A stretch of 26,759 nt of DNA from assembly GCA_964616355.1 (NCBI GenBank), contig CAZTUO010000001.1, forward strand, positions 23,102-49,860, read 5' to 3'. The position numbers and the translations under genes were made by a program. Source of the stretch: an uncultured Nitrospira sp. (GTDB lineage: Bacteria > Nitrospirota > Nitrospiria > Nitrospirales > Nitrospiraceae). The notes beneath the pieces are model-generated. The model had not been told where the DNA came from, did not search any database, and saw only the letters and a program-made list of their open reading frames with translations. Positions 17,895-25,340 of the stretch are shown one piece after another; within the stretch, counting starts at the first letter, position 1; each line of letters opens with the position of its first letter.

Positions 17895-19234
17895 CAGGAG
17901 TCCCCCTTCTTGGCTAGGGGCTTGACGTAGAGCTTCAAGCCGTCAATCCGCGTGACTTCTGCGTACTCGCCGGCCTGCAGGGGCTGCTCGCTGATCGCGT
18001 CCCAGAGCTCCCCGTGCACCAGCAGCTTGCCCTGCGGGGCTAGCGCGGTCTTGGCTACTCCGACCAGACCGACCATGCCTTCGCTCCCAGTCCGAGGCCG
18101 GCGGCGCATCGCGCGCACCGCCATGCCGGCGACGAAGAGGCTGAAGGCGCCGGCGAGCGTCACGACCGGGAGGATGACCGACCAGGAGATCTTGAGGAAC
18201 GGCGCCTCGGCTTTGACCAGCATGAGCGAGCCCAGGATCATCGAGATCACCCCGCCGATCGCCAGCAGCCCGTAGCTGGTGACGCTCACTTCCAGAATGA
18301 ACAGGATGATCCCCAGCAGGATGAGTAGCACCCCCGCATAGTTGACCGGAAGCGACTGGAGCGAGTAGAAGGCCAGGATCAGGCTGATGGCCCCGACGAT
18401 GCCCGGCAAGATGGCGCCGGGGTTGTACAGCTCGGCCAGTAAGCCGATCATCCCGATGGTCATGAGCACATAGGCGATGTTGGGGTCGCTGAGCGCTTTG
18501 AGCATCTCCAGTCGCCAGCCCATCGCGAACTCGCGGATCTCCGCGCCTTTCGTGCGGAGCGCGACAGTCCCGGCCCCCACCGCGACGGTCCGCCCCTCCA
18601 GCCTGTCGAGCAACTGCGTCAGATCGTCCGCCACCAAGTCAATGATCTTCAACCGGAGCGCTTCCTTCTCCGTCACCGAGACGCTCTTCCGCACGGCCTC
18701 CTCGGCCCAGGCCACGTTCCGCTTGCGTTGCTCGGCGATGGACTTGATGTAGGCTACCGAGTCGTTCTCGATTTTCTCCTTCATCGTCTTGTCCATCTCG
18801 CCCCCGCCCATGGCCACCGGATGGGCGGCGCCGATGTTCGTTCCCGGCGCCATGGCGGCGACGTGGGCTGCGAGCGTGATGAAGACACCGGCCGAGGCGG
18901 CGCGGCCCCCCGACGGCGACACGTACACCACGACCGGAATGGGGGAGTTGGTGATGTCCTTGATGATCAGCCGCATCGAGCTGTCCAGCCCGCCGGGCGT
19001 GTCCAGCCGCAACACCAGCGCCTGGGCGCTCTGCTCTTCGGCGAAGGCCAGAGCATCGTGAAAGTATTCCGCCGTGACCGGGTTGATGACCCCTTCATAG
19101 GTGGCGAGCACCACCGTCTGGGCCGCTGCTGCAGGGGCAGCGGCGACGCCGAGCAGAAGGGCCACAGCGATGACGAGGCGGAGCCCGGGGAGAAGCCAGA
19201 CGCAGACGGCGGAGCCGCGCGCCACCAGAGTCAT
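17894..19234 (-). CDS. nfeD: NfeD long-form membrane-bound serine protease (ClpP class)
   Basis: LDTPGGL, GRAASAG (Ser), [14 protein letters not shown] (Lys), TM region, C-terminal GELW OB domain. The stop overlaps the SPFH start at 17894. Confidence 0.93.
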   Translation of the reverse strand: MTLVARGSAVCVWLLPGLRLVIAVALLLGVAAAPAAAAQTVVLATYEGVINPVTAEYFHDALAFAEEQSAQALVLRLDTPGGLDSSMRLIIKDITNSPIPVVVYVSPSGGRAASAGVFITLAAHVAAMAPGTNIGAAHPVAMGGGEMDKTMKEKIENDSVAYIKSIAEQRKRNVAWAEEAVRKSVSVTEKEALRLKIIDLVADDLTQLLDRLEGRTVAVGAGTVALRTKGAEIREFAMGWRLEMLKALSDPNIAYVLMTIGMIGLLAELYNPGAILPGIVGAISLILAFYSLQSLPVNYAGVLLILLGIILFILEVSVTSYGLLAIGGVISMILGSLMLVKAEAPFLKISWSVILPVVTLAGAFSLFVAGMAVRAMRRRPRTGSEGMVGLVGVAKTALAPQGKLLVHGELWDAISEQPLQAGEYAEVTRIDGLKLYVKPLAKKGDS

Positions 19235-19271
19235 CGCGCAATCCTTGGTGGAAATGCTTGAGATATCTTGG

Positions 19272-19300
19272 ATAATACGGCCAGGGCGGCACCCTGTCAA
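19272..19300 (-). promoter_or_regulatory. Putative sigma70 promoter for nfeD-SPFH-trkA
   Basis: Minus strand TTGACA (19300-19295), 17 nt, TATTAT (19277-19272). Confidence 0.75.
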
Positions 19301-19324
19301 GGAATCGGAGCCGCGCCGGGTCGG

Positions 19325-19353
19325 TTGCAATGCCTTCCTGGTTCTCCTAGAAT
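19325..19353 (+). promoter_or_regulatory. Putative sigma70 promoter for trmI
   Basis: TTGCAA (19325-19330), 17 nt, TAGAAT (19348-19353), then 7 nt to the ATG at 19361. Confidence 0.7.
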
Positions 19354-19360
19354 GCCCGCG

Positions 19361-20287
19361 ATGACGCGGCTTCGGGACGGTGAACGCATCCATCTCGTGG
19401 ACAAGAAGGGGCGCCAGTACGCGCTCACGCTCAAGGCCGGCGAGGTGTACCAGTACAGCGGCGAGACGATCCCGCACGACGCGCTGATCGGCCGGCCGGA
19501 CGGCTCCCTGGTCACCCTGTCGCGCGGAAAGCGCATGCTCGCGCTGCGCCCGACGCTCGGTGACTATGTGCTCAAGATGCCGCGAGGCGCCCAGGTAATC
19601 TATCCCAAGGATCTCGCTCTGATCGCGATGTGGGCCGACATCTATCCAGGGGCTCGGGTCTTCGAAGCGGGCACCGGGTCGGGGGCGTTGACGATGGCCT
19701 TGCTGCGCGCGGTCGGCGAGCGGGGCACTGTCGTGACCTATGAGCCCCGTGAAGATTTCGCCCGGACGGCGCTCAAGAACATCGAGCGCTACCTCGGCCC
19801 GGCCCCCAACCTCACACTGCGTCGGCGGGATGCGGCGGCGGGCATCGAACCGGAGGCCGGGGACGGGGCCTTCGACCGGGTCGTGCTGGATCTGCCCGAG
19901 CCCTGGCGAGTGGTGCCCCATGCCGCGACGGCTCTGCGGTCCGGGGGCATCTACCTGAGCTATGTGCCGACGGTTCCCCAGGTGATGCAGACGGTCGAGG
20001 CACTCGAGCAGGCGTCGGTCTTCGGGCTCATCCAGACCTTCGAAACGTTGCTCCGGACCTGGAACATCCAAGGGCGGAGCGTCCGGCCCGACCATCGTAT
20101 GGTCGCGCACTCCGGGTTTATCACGGTCGCCCGCAAGGTGGAGCCGGGGCTCTGGTCGCGGCAGAGCGCGGCCGGCGAGGCCGTTCCCGCGGAACCAGTG
20201 CCGCTCCCGGACGCGTCGGCTTGGGATAGGGATGCTGATGAGGATGCTGGGAGCGACGAAGGGGACCAGGACCGTGAAGCGACTTGA
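19361..20287 (+). CDS. trmI: tRNA (adenine-58 N1)-methyltransferase
   Basis: QVIYPKDL, EAGTGSGALT, DLPEPW, RPDHRMVAHSGF; acidic C-terminal tail. Confidence 0.92.
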   Translation: MTRLRDGERIHLVDKKGRQYALTLKAGEVYQYSGETIPHDALIGRPDGSLVTLSRGKRMLALRPTLGDYVLKMPRGAQVIYPKDLALIAMWADIYPGARVFEAGTGSGALTMALLRAVGERGTVVTYEPREDFARTALKNIERYLGPAPNLTLRRRDAAAGIEPEAGDGAFDRVVLDLPEPWRVVPHAATALRSGGIYLSYVPTVPQVMQTVEALEQASVFGLIQTFETLLRTWNIQGRSVRPDHRMVAHSGFITVARKVEPGLWSRQSAAGEAVPAEPVPLPDASAWDRDADEDAGSDEGDQDREAT

Positions 20288-21029
20288 CGCAAAAGTCGCC
20301 TTGATCACGGGTGGAGGCGTCGGCATCGGTGCGGCCGTCGCGCGGCTGTTCGCCCGCGAGGGCGCCGCCGTCGTCGTCACCGGCCGGCGGAAAGACGTGA
20401 TCGAGCGGGTCGCCGAAGACATTCAGCGCACCGGGGGGCGGGCCCTCGCAGCGGCGGGAAGCGTCGCGGACGAGAGCCATGTCCGGTCCGCCGTCGCGCA
20501 GGCGGTCCGGGCCTTTGGCAAGCTGGACGTCCTGGTGAACAATGCTGGGATCGGAGCCTTCGGGATGACTCTCCACGACACCTCCGACGCGACCTGGGAG
20601 GCTCTCCTCGCCACCAACCTCACCGGGGTGTTTCGCATGACCCGCGCGGTGATTCCGGAGATGCTCAATGCGGGTGGCGGCTCAATCATCAACGTGTCGT
20701 CGATCGCAGGGCTCGTCGGCATCCCGTTGAGCGCCGCCTACAGCGCGACCAAGGGTGCCCTCAACGCGCTGACCAAGTGCGTCGCCGTGGAGTACGCCAA
20801 GCAGGGCATCCGCTGCAACGCCGTCTGTCCCGGGCTCGTGGACACGCCGATGGCGGCCCCGCTCATGAGCGATCCGGAGCGGCTTGCCCAGGTGCTCGCC
20901 GTCTATCCGCAGGGGCGGGCAGGCAAACCAGAGGAAGTGGCGCAGCTCATCCTCTATCTGGCGTCCGACGAGTCGGCATGGGTCACTGGCGGTCTGTTCC
21001 CGATTGACGGCGGGATGACCGCGCAATGA
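20274..21029 (+). CDS. Classical short-chain dehydrogenase/reductase
   Basis: TGGGVGIG, NNAG, SS, YSATK, NAVCPG, IDGG. GTG at 20274 overlaps the end of trmI. Confidence 0.93.
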   Translation: MKRLDAKVALITGGGVGIGAAVARLFAREGAAVVVTGRRKDVIERVAEDIQRTGGRALAAAGSVADESHVRSAVAQAVRAFGKLDVLVNNAGIGAFGMTLHDTSDATWEALLATNLTGVFRMTRAVIPEMLNAGGGSIINVSSIAGLVGIPLSAAYSATKGALNALTKCVAVEYAKQGIRCNAVCPGLVDTPMAAPLMSDPERLAQVLAVYPQGRAGKPEEVAQLILYLASDESAWVTGGLFPIDGGMTAQ

Positions 21030-21054
21030 AAAATGACCTGATGAGGAGCAAGCC

Positions 21055-21390
21055 ATGACACCCGAACAGTGGAAGCCACGGTGTTGGGATCTGCTGATGG
21101 TGACCTTGTGCTGCCTGGGGCTGGCCCTCATTGGTCTGCAGGCGGCGTTGGCCGGCGGCCCCGTCGAGTTCACCGGCAGCGTCCTCAAGGTGGACCCCGC
21201 CTACAACAAGTTGACCGTAGTCAAGCAAGGTGGCGGCGCGCGCTTCACCTTCATCGTGGACGACAAGACCCAGTTCGAGGGGACGACCTTCAAGGCCCTC
21301 AAGAAGGGCGATGCCGTGACCGTGCTCTACGTGGTCAACGGCAGCCAGTACTTGGCGAAGAAGGTCAGCGCCAGGGGCAAGGAGAAATAG
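21055..21390 (+). CDS. Small exported hypothetical protein, beta-rich
   Basis: Signal peptide ending ALA-GG; mature part FTGSVLKVD..FIVDDKT..LKKGDAVTV looks OB-fold-like; AGGAG SD. Confidence 0.75.
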   Translation: MTPEQWKPRCWDLLMVTLCCLGLALIGLQAALAGGPVEFTGSVLKVDPAYNKLTVVKQGGGARFTFIVDDKTQFEGTTFKALKKGDAVTVLYVVNGSQYLAKKVSARGKEK

Positions 21391-21422
21391 GGAGGGCAGC
21401 CAGCGCGGCGCCCGCGGACCCC

Positions 21423-22277
21423 GTGGAGATCAACACCCACACCCAGCTCTGCGGCTTGCTCGGCAACCCGGTCGAGCATTCGCTCTCCCCGGCCATCCAC
21501 AATGCGGCCTTTCAGAAGCTGGGGCTGAACTTCGTCTATCTCGCCTTCCGGGTGGAGGATCTCGCCGGGGCGATACGCGGCATCCGGGCGCTGGGGAACC
21601 TGCGGGGCTTCAGCGTCACCATTCCGCATAAGGTTGCGGTCCTCTCCTATCTCGACGAGGTCGAGCCGACCGCCAGACACATCGGATCGGTCAACACCAT
21701 CGTCGTCGAGGACGGGAAGCTCATCGGATACAACACGGACGCGTCCGGGGCGCTCCGAGCCCTGAGGGAGGCGGGGGTAGGGCTCAAGGGGCAGCACGTC
21801 CTGATGCTGGGGTCCGGCGGGGCAGCCCGTGCCATCGCCTTTGCGCTGGCCCTCGAGGGGGGCGTCGCGGGCCTCACGATCCTGGGCATTGACGAGCGGG
21901 AGCGGCACGGCCTGGTCGCCGACCTCCGCGCGCGCACGTCGCTCCCCGTGGAAGAAGGGCCGATCTCTGACGACCGCCTGCGCCGGGCCATCGCGGCACA
22001 CCAGGTCCTGCTCCACTGCACGCCGGTCGGCATGTACCCGAAGGTCGAGGAAACCTGCGTGCCGGCCGCCTTGCTGCGCCCCCACCTCGCGGTCATGGAC
22101 ATCGTATACAACCCCCTCGAGACGCGCCTGTTGCGGGAGGCCCGCGCGGCCGGCTGCAAGACGGTACCCGGGATCGAGATGTTTTTGAACCAGGCCGTCG
22201 GACAGTTCGAGCTCTGGACGGGTCGGCCCGCCCCGGCGGACGTCATGCGGGCCGTCCTCAACGCCCGGTTCGCATGA
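21423..22277 (+). CDS. aroE: Shikimate dehydrogenase
   Basis: GNPVEHSLSP, VTIPHK, NT, NTD, GSGGAA, TPVGM, DIVYNP. GTG start at 21423 is inferred. Confidence 0.95.
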   Translation: MEINTHTQLCGLLGNPVEHSLSPAIHNAAFQKLGLNFVYLAFRVEDLAGAIRGIRALGNLRGFSVTIPHKVAVLSYLDEVEPTARHIGSVNTIVVEDGKLIGYNTDASGALRALREAGVGLKGQHVLMLGSGGAARAIAFALALEGGVAGLTILGIDERERHGLVADLRARTSLPVEEGPISDDRLRRAIAAHQVLLHCTPVGMYPKVEETCVPAALLRPHLAVMDIVYNPLETRLLREARAAGCKTVPGIEMFLNQAVGQFELWTGRPAPADVMRAVLNARFA

Positions 22278-22774
22278 ACATCGTCCTGATCGGCTACCGG
22301 GGAACCGGGAAGAGCAGCGTGGGGAAACTCTTGGCCGAGCGGCTTGGCCGGGAGCTCGTGTCCACCGATGAGGAGATCGTCCGGCGCACCACCCTGCCGA
22401 TCCCCGAGATCGTTAAACGGTTCGGCTGGGACTATTTCCGCGACCTGGAATCGCAGGTCTGCCGAGATCTGGCGGCCAAGGACGGCCTCATCATAGACAC
22501 GGGCGGCGGCGCCATCCTGCGGCAGGAGAACGTGGAGCGGCTGAAGGCGAACGGGCGGCTCTTCTGGCTGACGGCCGAGGTGAGCACGATCGCCCAGCGG
22601 ATCGCGGGGGATACCCAGCGGCCGTCGCTGACCGGGGCGAAAAGCTTTATCGAGGAGATCGAGGACGTGCTGCGGGAACGGCTGCCTAGGTACCGGGCGG
22701 CCGCGGACGACGTCATCCCGACGGACGGCCGGCCGCTGTCTGCGGTTGCGGAGGACATCCTCGCCAAGCTCTAG
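22274..22774 (+). CDS. aroK: Shikimate kinase
   Basis: P-loop GYRGTGKS, DTGGG, QRP; ATGA overlap with aroE. Confidence 0.95.
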   Translation: MNIVLIGYRGTGKSSVGKLLAERLGRELVSTDEEIVRRTTLPIPEIVKRFGWDYFRDLESQVCRDLAAKDGLIIDTGGGAILRQENVERLKANGRLFWLTAEVSTIAQRIAGDTQRPSLTGAKSFIEEIEDVLRERLPRYRAAADDVIPTDGRPLSAVAEDILAKL

Positions 22775-22787
22775 ACGGGCCCTCGTA

Positions 22788-22816
22788 TTGCAATGCCTGG
22801 GGGGCCATGCTATGCT
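22788..22816 (+). promoter_or_regulatory. Putative sigma70 promoter for the RRM gene
   Basis: TTGCAA (22788-22793), 17 nt, TATGCT (22811-22816) with extended -10 TGn. Confidence 0.7.
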
Positions 22817-23019
22817 GGTGAGCGCAATTCATCGCTGCGGGGCCGAGTGATGGAGAGCCGAGTGGAGAGGCCCTGATCGATGTTGCCTTGCGAGAGGAAG
22901 CTGGCCGGACAGTGTGAGTGACCTGATGGTGCTGCGTCGCGACGCGCCTTCGCGTCCCACCTCCGTCTCCCCACCCCTCTCCTCCAAGACAATGTCAAGA
23001 GCCGTGTAGGAGGTTAGCC

Positions 23020-23325
23020 GTGGGTACCAAATTGTATGTGGGCAGCCTGCCCTATTCCACCACCGAGCAGCAACTCAACGAGCTGTTCTCCCAGTATGGA
23101 ACGGTCCAGTCCGCGAAGGTGATCACCGACCGGTACACCGGACAGTCGCGGGGGTTCGGATTCGTCGAGATGGCGACGGGCGAGGAAGCCCAAAAGGCCA
23201 TCGCGGCCCTGAACGGGTCCACGCTGGGCGGCCGCACGCTGGTGGTCAACGAGGCTCGACCGCAGGAGAAGCGACCCTACGGCGGGGGTAGCGGAGGTGG
23301 CGGAGAGGGGAGAGATCGCTGGTAA
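23020..23325 (+). CDS. Single-RRM RNA-binding protein with a Gly-rich tail
   Basis: RNP2 LYVGSL, RNP1 RGFGFVEM, VNEARP; TAGGAGG SD. Confidence 0.96.
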   Translation: MGTKLYVGSLPYSTTEQQLNELFSQYGTVQSAKVITDRYTGQSRGFGFVEMATGEEAQKAIAALNGSTLGGRTLVVNEARPQEKRPYGGGSGGGGEGRDRW

Positions 23326-23362
23326 GTCCCACCGCGGACCAGAGTTTCCGCAGGCAATGTCG

Positions 23363-23397
23363 AGGGGGCCGAAGCTGAGCAGCGGCCCCTTTTGTTT
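23363..23397 (+). terminator. Intrinsic terminator after the RRM gene
   Basis: Stem GGGGCCG (23365-23371)/CGGCCCC (23383-23389) followed by TTTTGTTT. Confidence 0.8.
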
Positions 23398-23481
23398 GAA
23401 GGCTGACTGAGGCCCCCCTTCCTGGGCCGACACGATCTGGCTTGAGAAGCGTTCCAGCCTGGCGGCTGTCATCAGTCGTGT

Positions 23482-23558
23482 GCGCCCGTAGCTCAGTTGG
23501 ATAGAGCGTCGGGCTTCGAACCCGCAGGTCGCCCGTTCGAGTCGGGCCGGGCGCACCA
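23482..23558 (+). tRNA. tRNA-Arg(UCG), 77 nt, CCA encoded
   Basis: Acceptor GCGCCCG/CGGGCGC, D stem GCTC/GAGC with A20, anticodon TCG at 23516-23518, T arm GCCCG-TTCGAGT-CGGGC. There is one U:C mismatch at pair 27:43. Confidence 0.97.
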
Positions 23559-24740
23559 TAATGTTTCAAGCACTTCCGCATCGCCGCCGCGCCGCGCCGC
23601 GCCGGCCGGTTGCAGGGAGGTTGCAGATTCGGCCTCGGCCAAGGGGTCATCGAGTCGGTCGACGGCCTGGCGGTTCCCCCCGGGGATGAGATGCCCGTAG
23701 AGGTCGACCGTGACCTGGATCGAGGAGTGTCCCATCTGCTCCTTGACGTAGACCGGGCTTTCCCCTTGCTGCAGCAGCAGGCTCGCGAAGGTATGGCGGA
23801 GGTCATGGATGCGGATCTGGCGCAAGCCTGCCGCACGCAGGGCGGGATAGAACACGCGATGGCGGAGGTTGTCCGGGTCGAGGAGCCCGCCGGTTTCGCT
23901 ACAAAACACCCAGGGCGACATGGCCGCTCCGGTCGCCGCGGCCTCCAGTTCCCGCTCGGTGTAGAGGTCTTTCAACGTGCGCGTGAGGGCTTGCGAGAGG
24001 TCGACCCGCCGCACCTCGCCGCTCTTGGGCGTGGTGAGGTGCCCGTGGCTCCAGGACCGCTGCACCAAGAGGTAGCGGCTGCGCAGGTCGAGGTCCCCCC
24101 ATTGGAGGGCGAGCAGCTCGCCCAAGCGCAAGCCCGTCCGCACCGCGCAGAGAAACAGCGGGTAATACCGCGGGGCGTGCCGCTGAATGGTCCGCAAGAA
24201 CGCGGACACTTCCTCGCGCGTCAAGGGGTTCACCTTCCGCCGCTTCGAAATCCCCGGGAGGAAGCGTCCCGGCTTGAGGGCCACGTTGGTCGATACCAGG
24301 CCGTCCTCAAGCGCTTGGCTGAGCACGCTCGACAGCACGCGCACCGTATTCGCCACGGTCTTCGGAGCGAGGCCTCGGGTCAGTTGCTCCGTGACGAACG
24401 CCCGGACCTTGTCCCGCGTGATCGATCGCAAGGGGAGCGCGCCCAGGGCCGGGAGAATCCACTGCCCCAGGCGCTTGGCGTAATCCCGCGCCGTGTTGGG
24501 CTTGCGGACCTGGCGGATATGCTCCAGCCAGGCCGTCGCGTACTCCGCCAGCGTCGGGCTGGCCGGCTCGGCCGGAAAGGCGCCCTGCCCCAGGGCCAGC
24601 CGCGCGGCGATCTGTTGCGCCGCGCGGTGCGCGGCCTGCTTCCCCGCCGCGCCCACCCCGATCCGCTTGGCCTTCCGCTGGCCGCGGTGGGCGACGAACA
24701 CCCACCACGCCCCCTTCCATTCGCGCACCCGGACGCCCAT
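23493..24740 (-). CDS. Tyrosine integrase with N-terminal arm-binding and SAM-like domains
   Basis: Full catalytic set: TGLRLGE (R), TPKSG (K), HDLRH (H, R), MGH (H), DLYGH (Y). ATG at 24740 (MGVRVREWKGAWWV) is inferred. Confidence 0.95.
   Translation of the reverse strand: MGVRVREWKGAWWVFVAHRGQRKAKRIGVGAAGKQAAHRAAQQIAARLALGQGAFPAEPASPTLAEYATAWLEHIRQVRKPNTARDYAKRLGQWILPALGALPLRSITRDKVRAFVTEQLTRGLAPKTVANTVRVLSSVLSQALEDGLVSTNVALKPGRFLPGISKRRKVNPLTREEVSAFLRTIQRHAPRYYPLFLCAVRTGLRLGELLALQWGDLDLRSRYLLVQRSWSHGHLTTPKSGEVRRVDLSQALTRTLKDLYTERELEAAATGAAMSPWVFCSETGGLLDPDNLRHRVFYPALRAAGLRQIRIHDLRHTFASLLLQQGESPVYVKEQMGHSSIQVTVDLYGHLIPGGNRQAVDRLDDPLAEAESATSLQPAGAARRGGDAEVLETLWCARPDSNGRPAGSKPDALSN
23608..23626. 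repeat. Direct repeat GGTTGCAG x2, candidate integrase arm-type sites
   Basis: GGTTGCAG at 23608-23615 and 23619-23626 (11-bp period), about 50 bp from the tRNA end. Confidence 0.5.
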
Positions 24741-24753
24741 GCCTTTTTTGAGG

Positions 24754-25011
24754 TTACCGCTCGCCGGATCCCGGCCGGACTGCCGCGACGATCTCGTCGA
24801 CCACCCGGCTGAGGTCCTCGCGTCGAGGGTCGACACGATACTGTTCCATCCAGTGCTCAAAGGCTTCGCGCTTCACCAGTACCTTCTTCCCGATCCGGTA
24901 GTGCGGCAACGGATGCTGCGGGTCATGCAGCCGGTCTCGCAGCCACCGAATCGAGCACGAAGCATAGGCCGCGAGGGATTTGAGATCAAGGTATTCCTTG
25001 GAGGAGGACAT
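24754..25011 (-). CDS. Excisionase/recombination-directionality-factor-like winged HTH protein, 85 aa
   Basis: YLDLKSLAAYASCSIRWLRD..LPHYRIGKKVLVKREAFEHW fits the Xis/HTH_17 pattern; it ends 13 nt before the integrase start. Confidence 0.85.
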   Translation of the reverse strand: MSSSKEYLDLKSLAAYASCSIRWLRDRLHDPQHPLPHYRIGKKVLVKREAFEHWMEQYRVDPRREDLSRVVDEIVAAVRPGSGER

Positions 25012-25340
25012 CACGCGATGATGTGGACCAGCCACACCCCCTTGCGCGTCTCGATCCGCTCGACCTGATGCACGCCATGCTCCTGACAGACCGCCTCCCA
25101 GACCGCCCTCGCCGGCATCGTGGCGGGATACATCGTGGCGTACACCACGCGATGGAGGCCGCGGGCATCCAGCGACTCCCGCACCACCGCCGGGTCCCCC
25201 GCCGCCGTCCCGCGCGCCCGCGCTTTCCAGCGCGCGACGGCCTCCCGCAGGCCTGCGATCGTGCGCTCGCGCTTGGCCACCTCCCACTCCAGCGTCGCGG
25301 CGCGGCGCTGGTGCTCTTGGCACTCCGGGCACCCCATCAC
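25011..25340 (-). CDS. Hypothetical protein, 109 aa, N-terminal CxxC and coiled coil
   Basis: Start overlaps the upstream stop (GTGA) and its stop overlaps the xis start (TGATG); CPEC followed by a heptad-like helix. Confidence 0.7.
   Translation of the reverse strand: MMGCPECQEHQRRAATLEWEVAKRERTIAGLREAVARWKARARGTAAGDPAVVRESLDARGLHRVVYATMYPATMPARAVWEAVCQEHGVHQVERIETRKGVWLVHIIA

Noticed and set aside
19235-20422. Apparent 842-aa NfeD fusion
   Set aside because: The extension is antisense to trmI and the SDR, and a consensus promoter lies at 19272-19300, so NfeD starts near 19234.
21069-21422. Apparent 118-aa N-terminal extension of AroE
   Set aside because: It is an alternative frame of the 21055..21390 gene with Arg/Gly-rich nonsense composition; AroE homology starts near 21423.
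23014-23559. Minus-strand ORF starting MVRPARLERATCGFEARRSIQLSY
   Set aside because: This is the familiar translation of an antisense tRNA, continuing antisense to the RRM gene.
23610-24812. 400-aa plus-strand ORF opposite the integrase
   Set aside because: Antisense shadow with no motifs; the minus strand carries the complete catalytic residue set.
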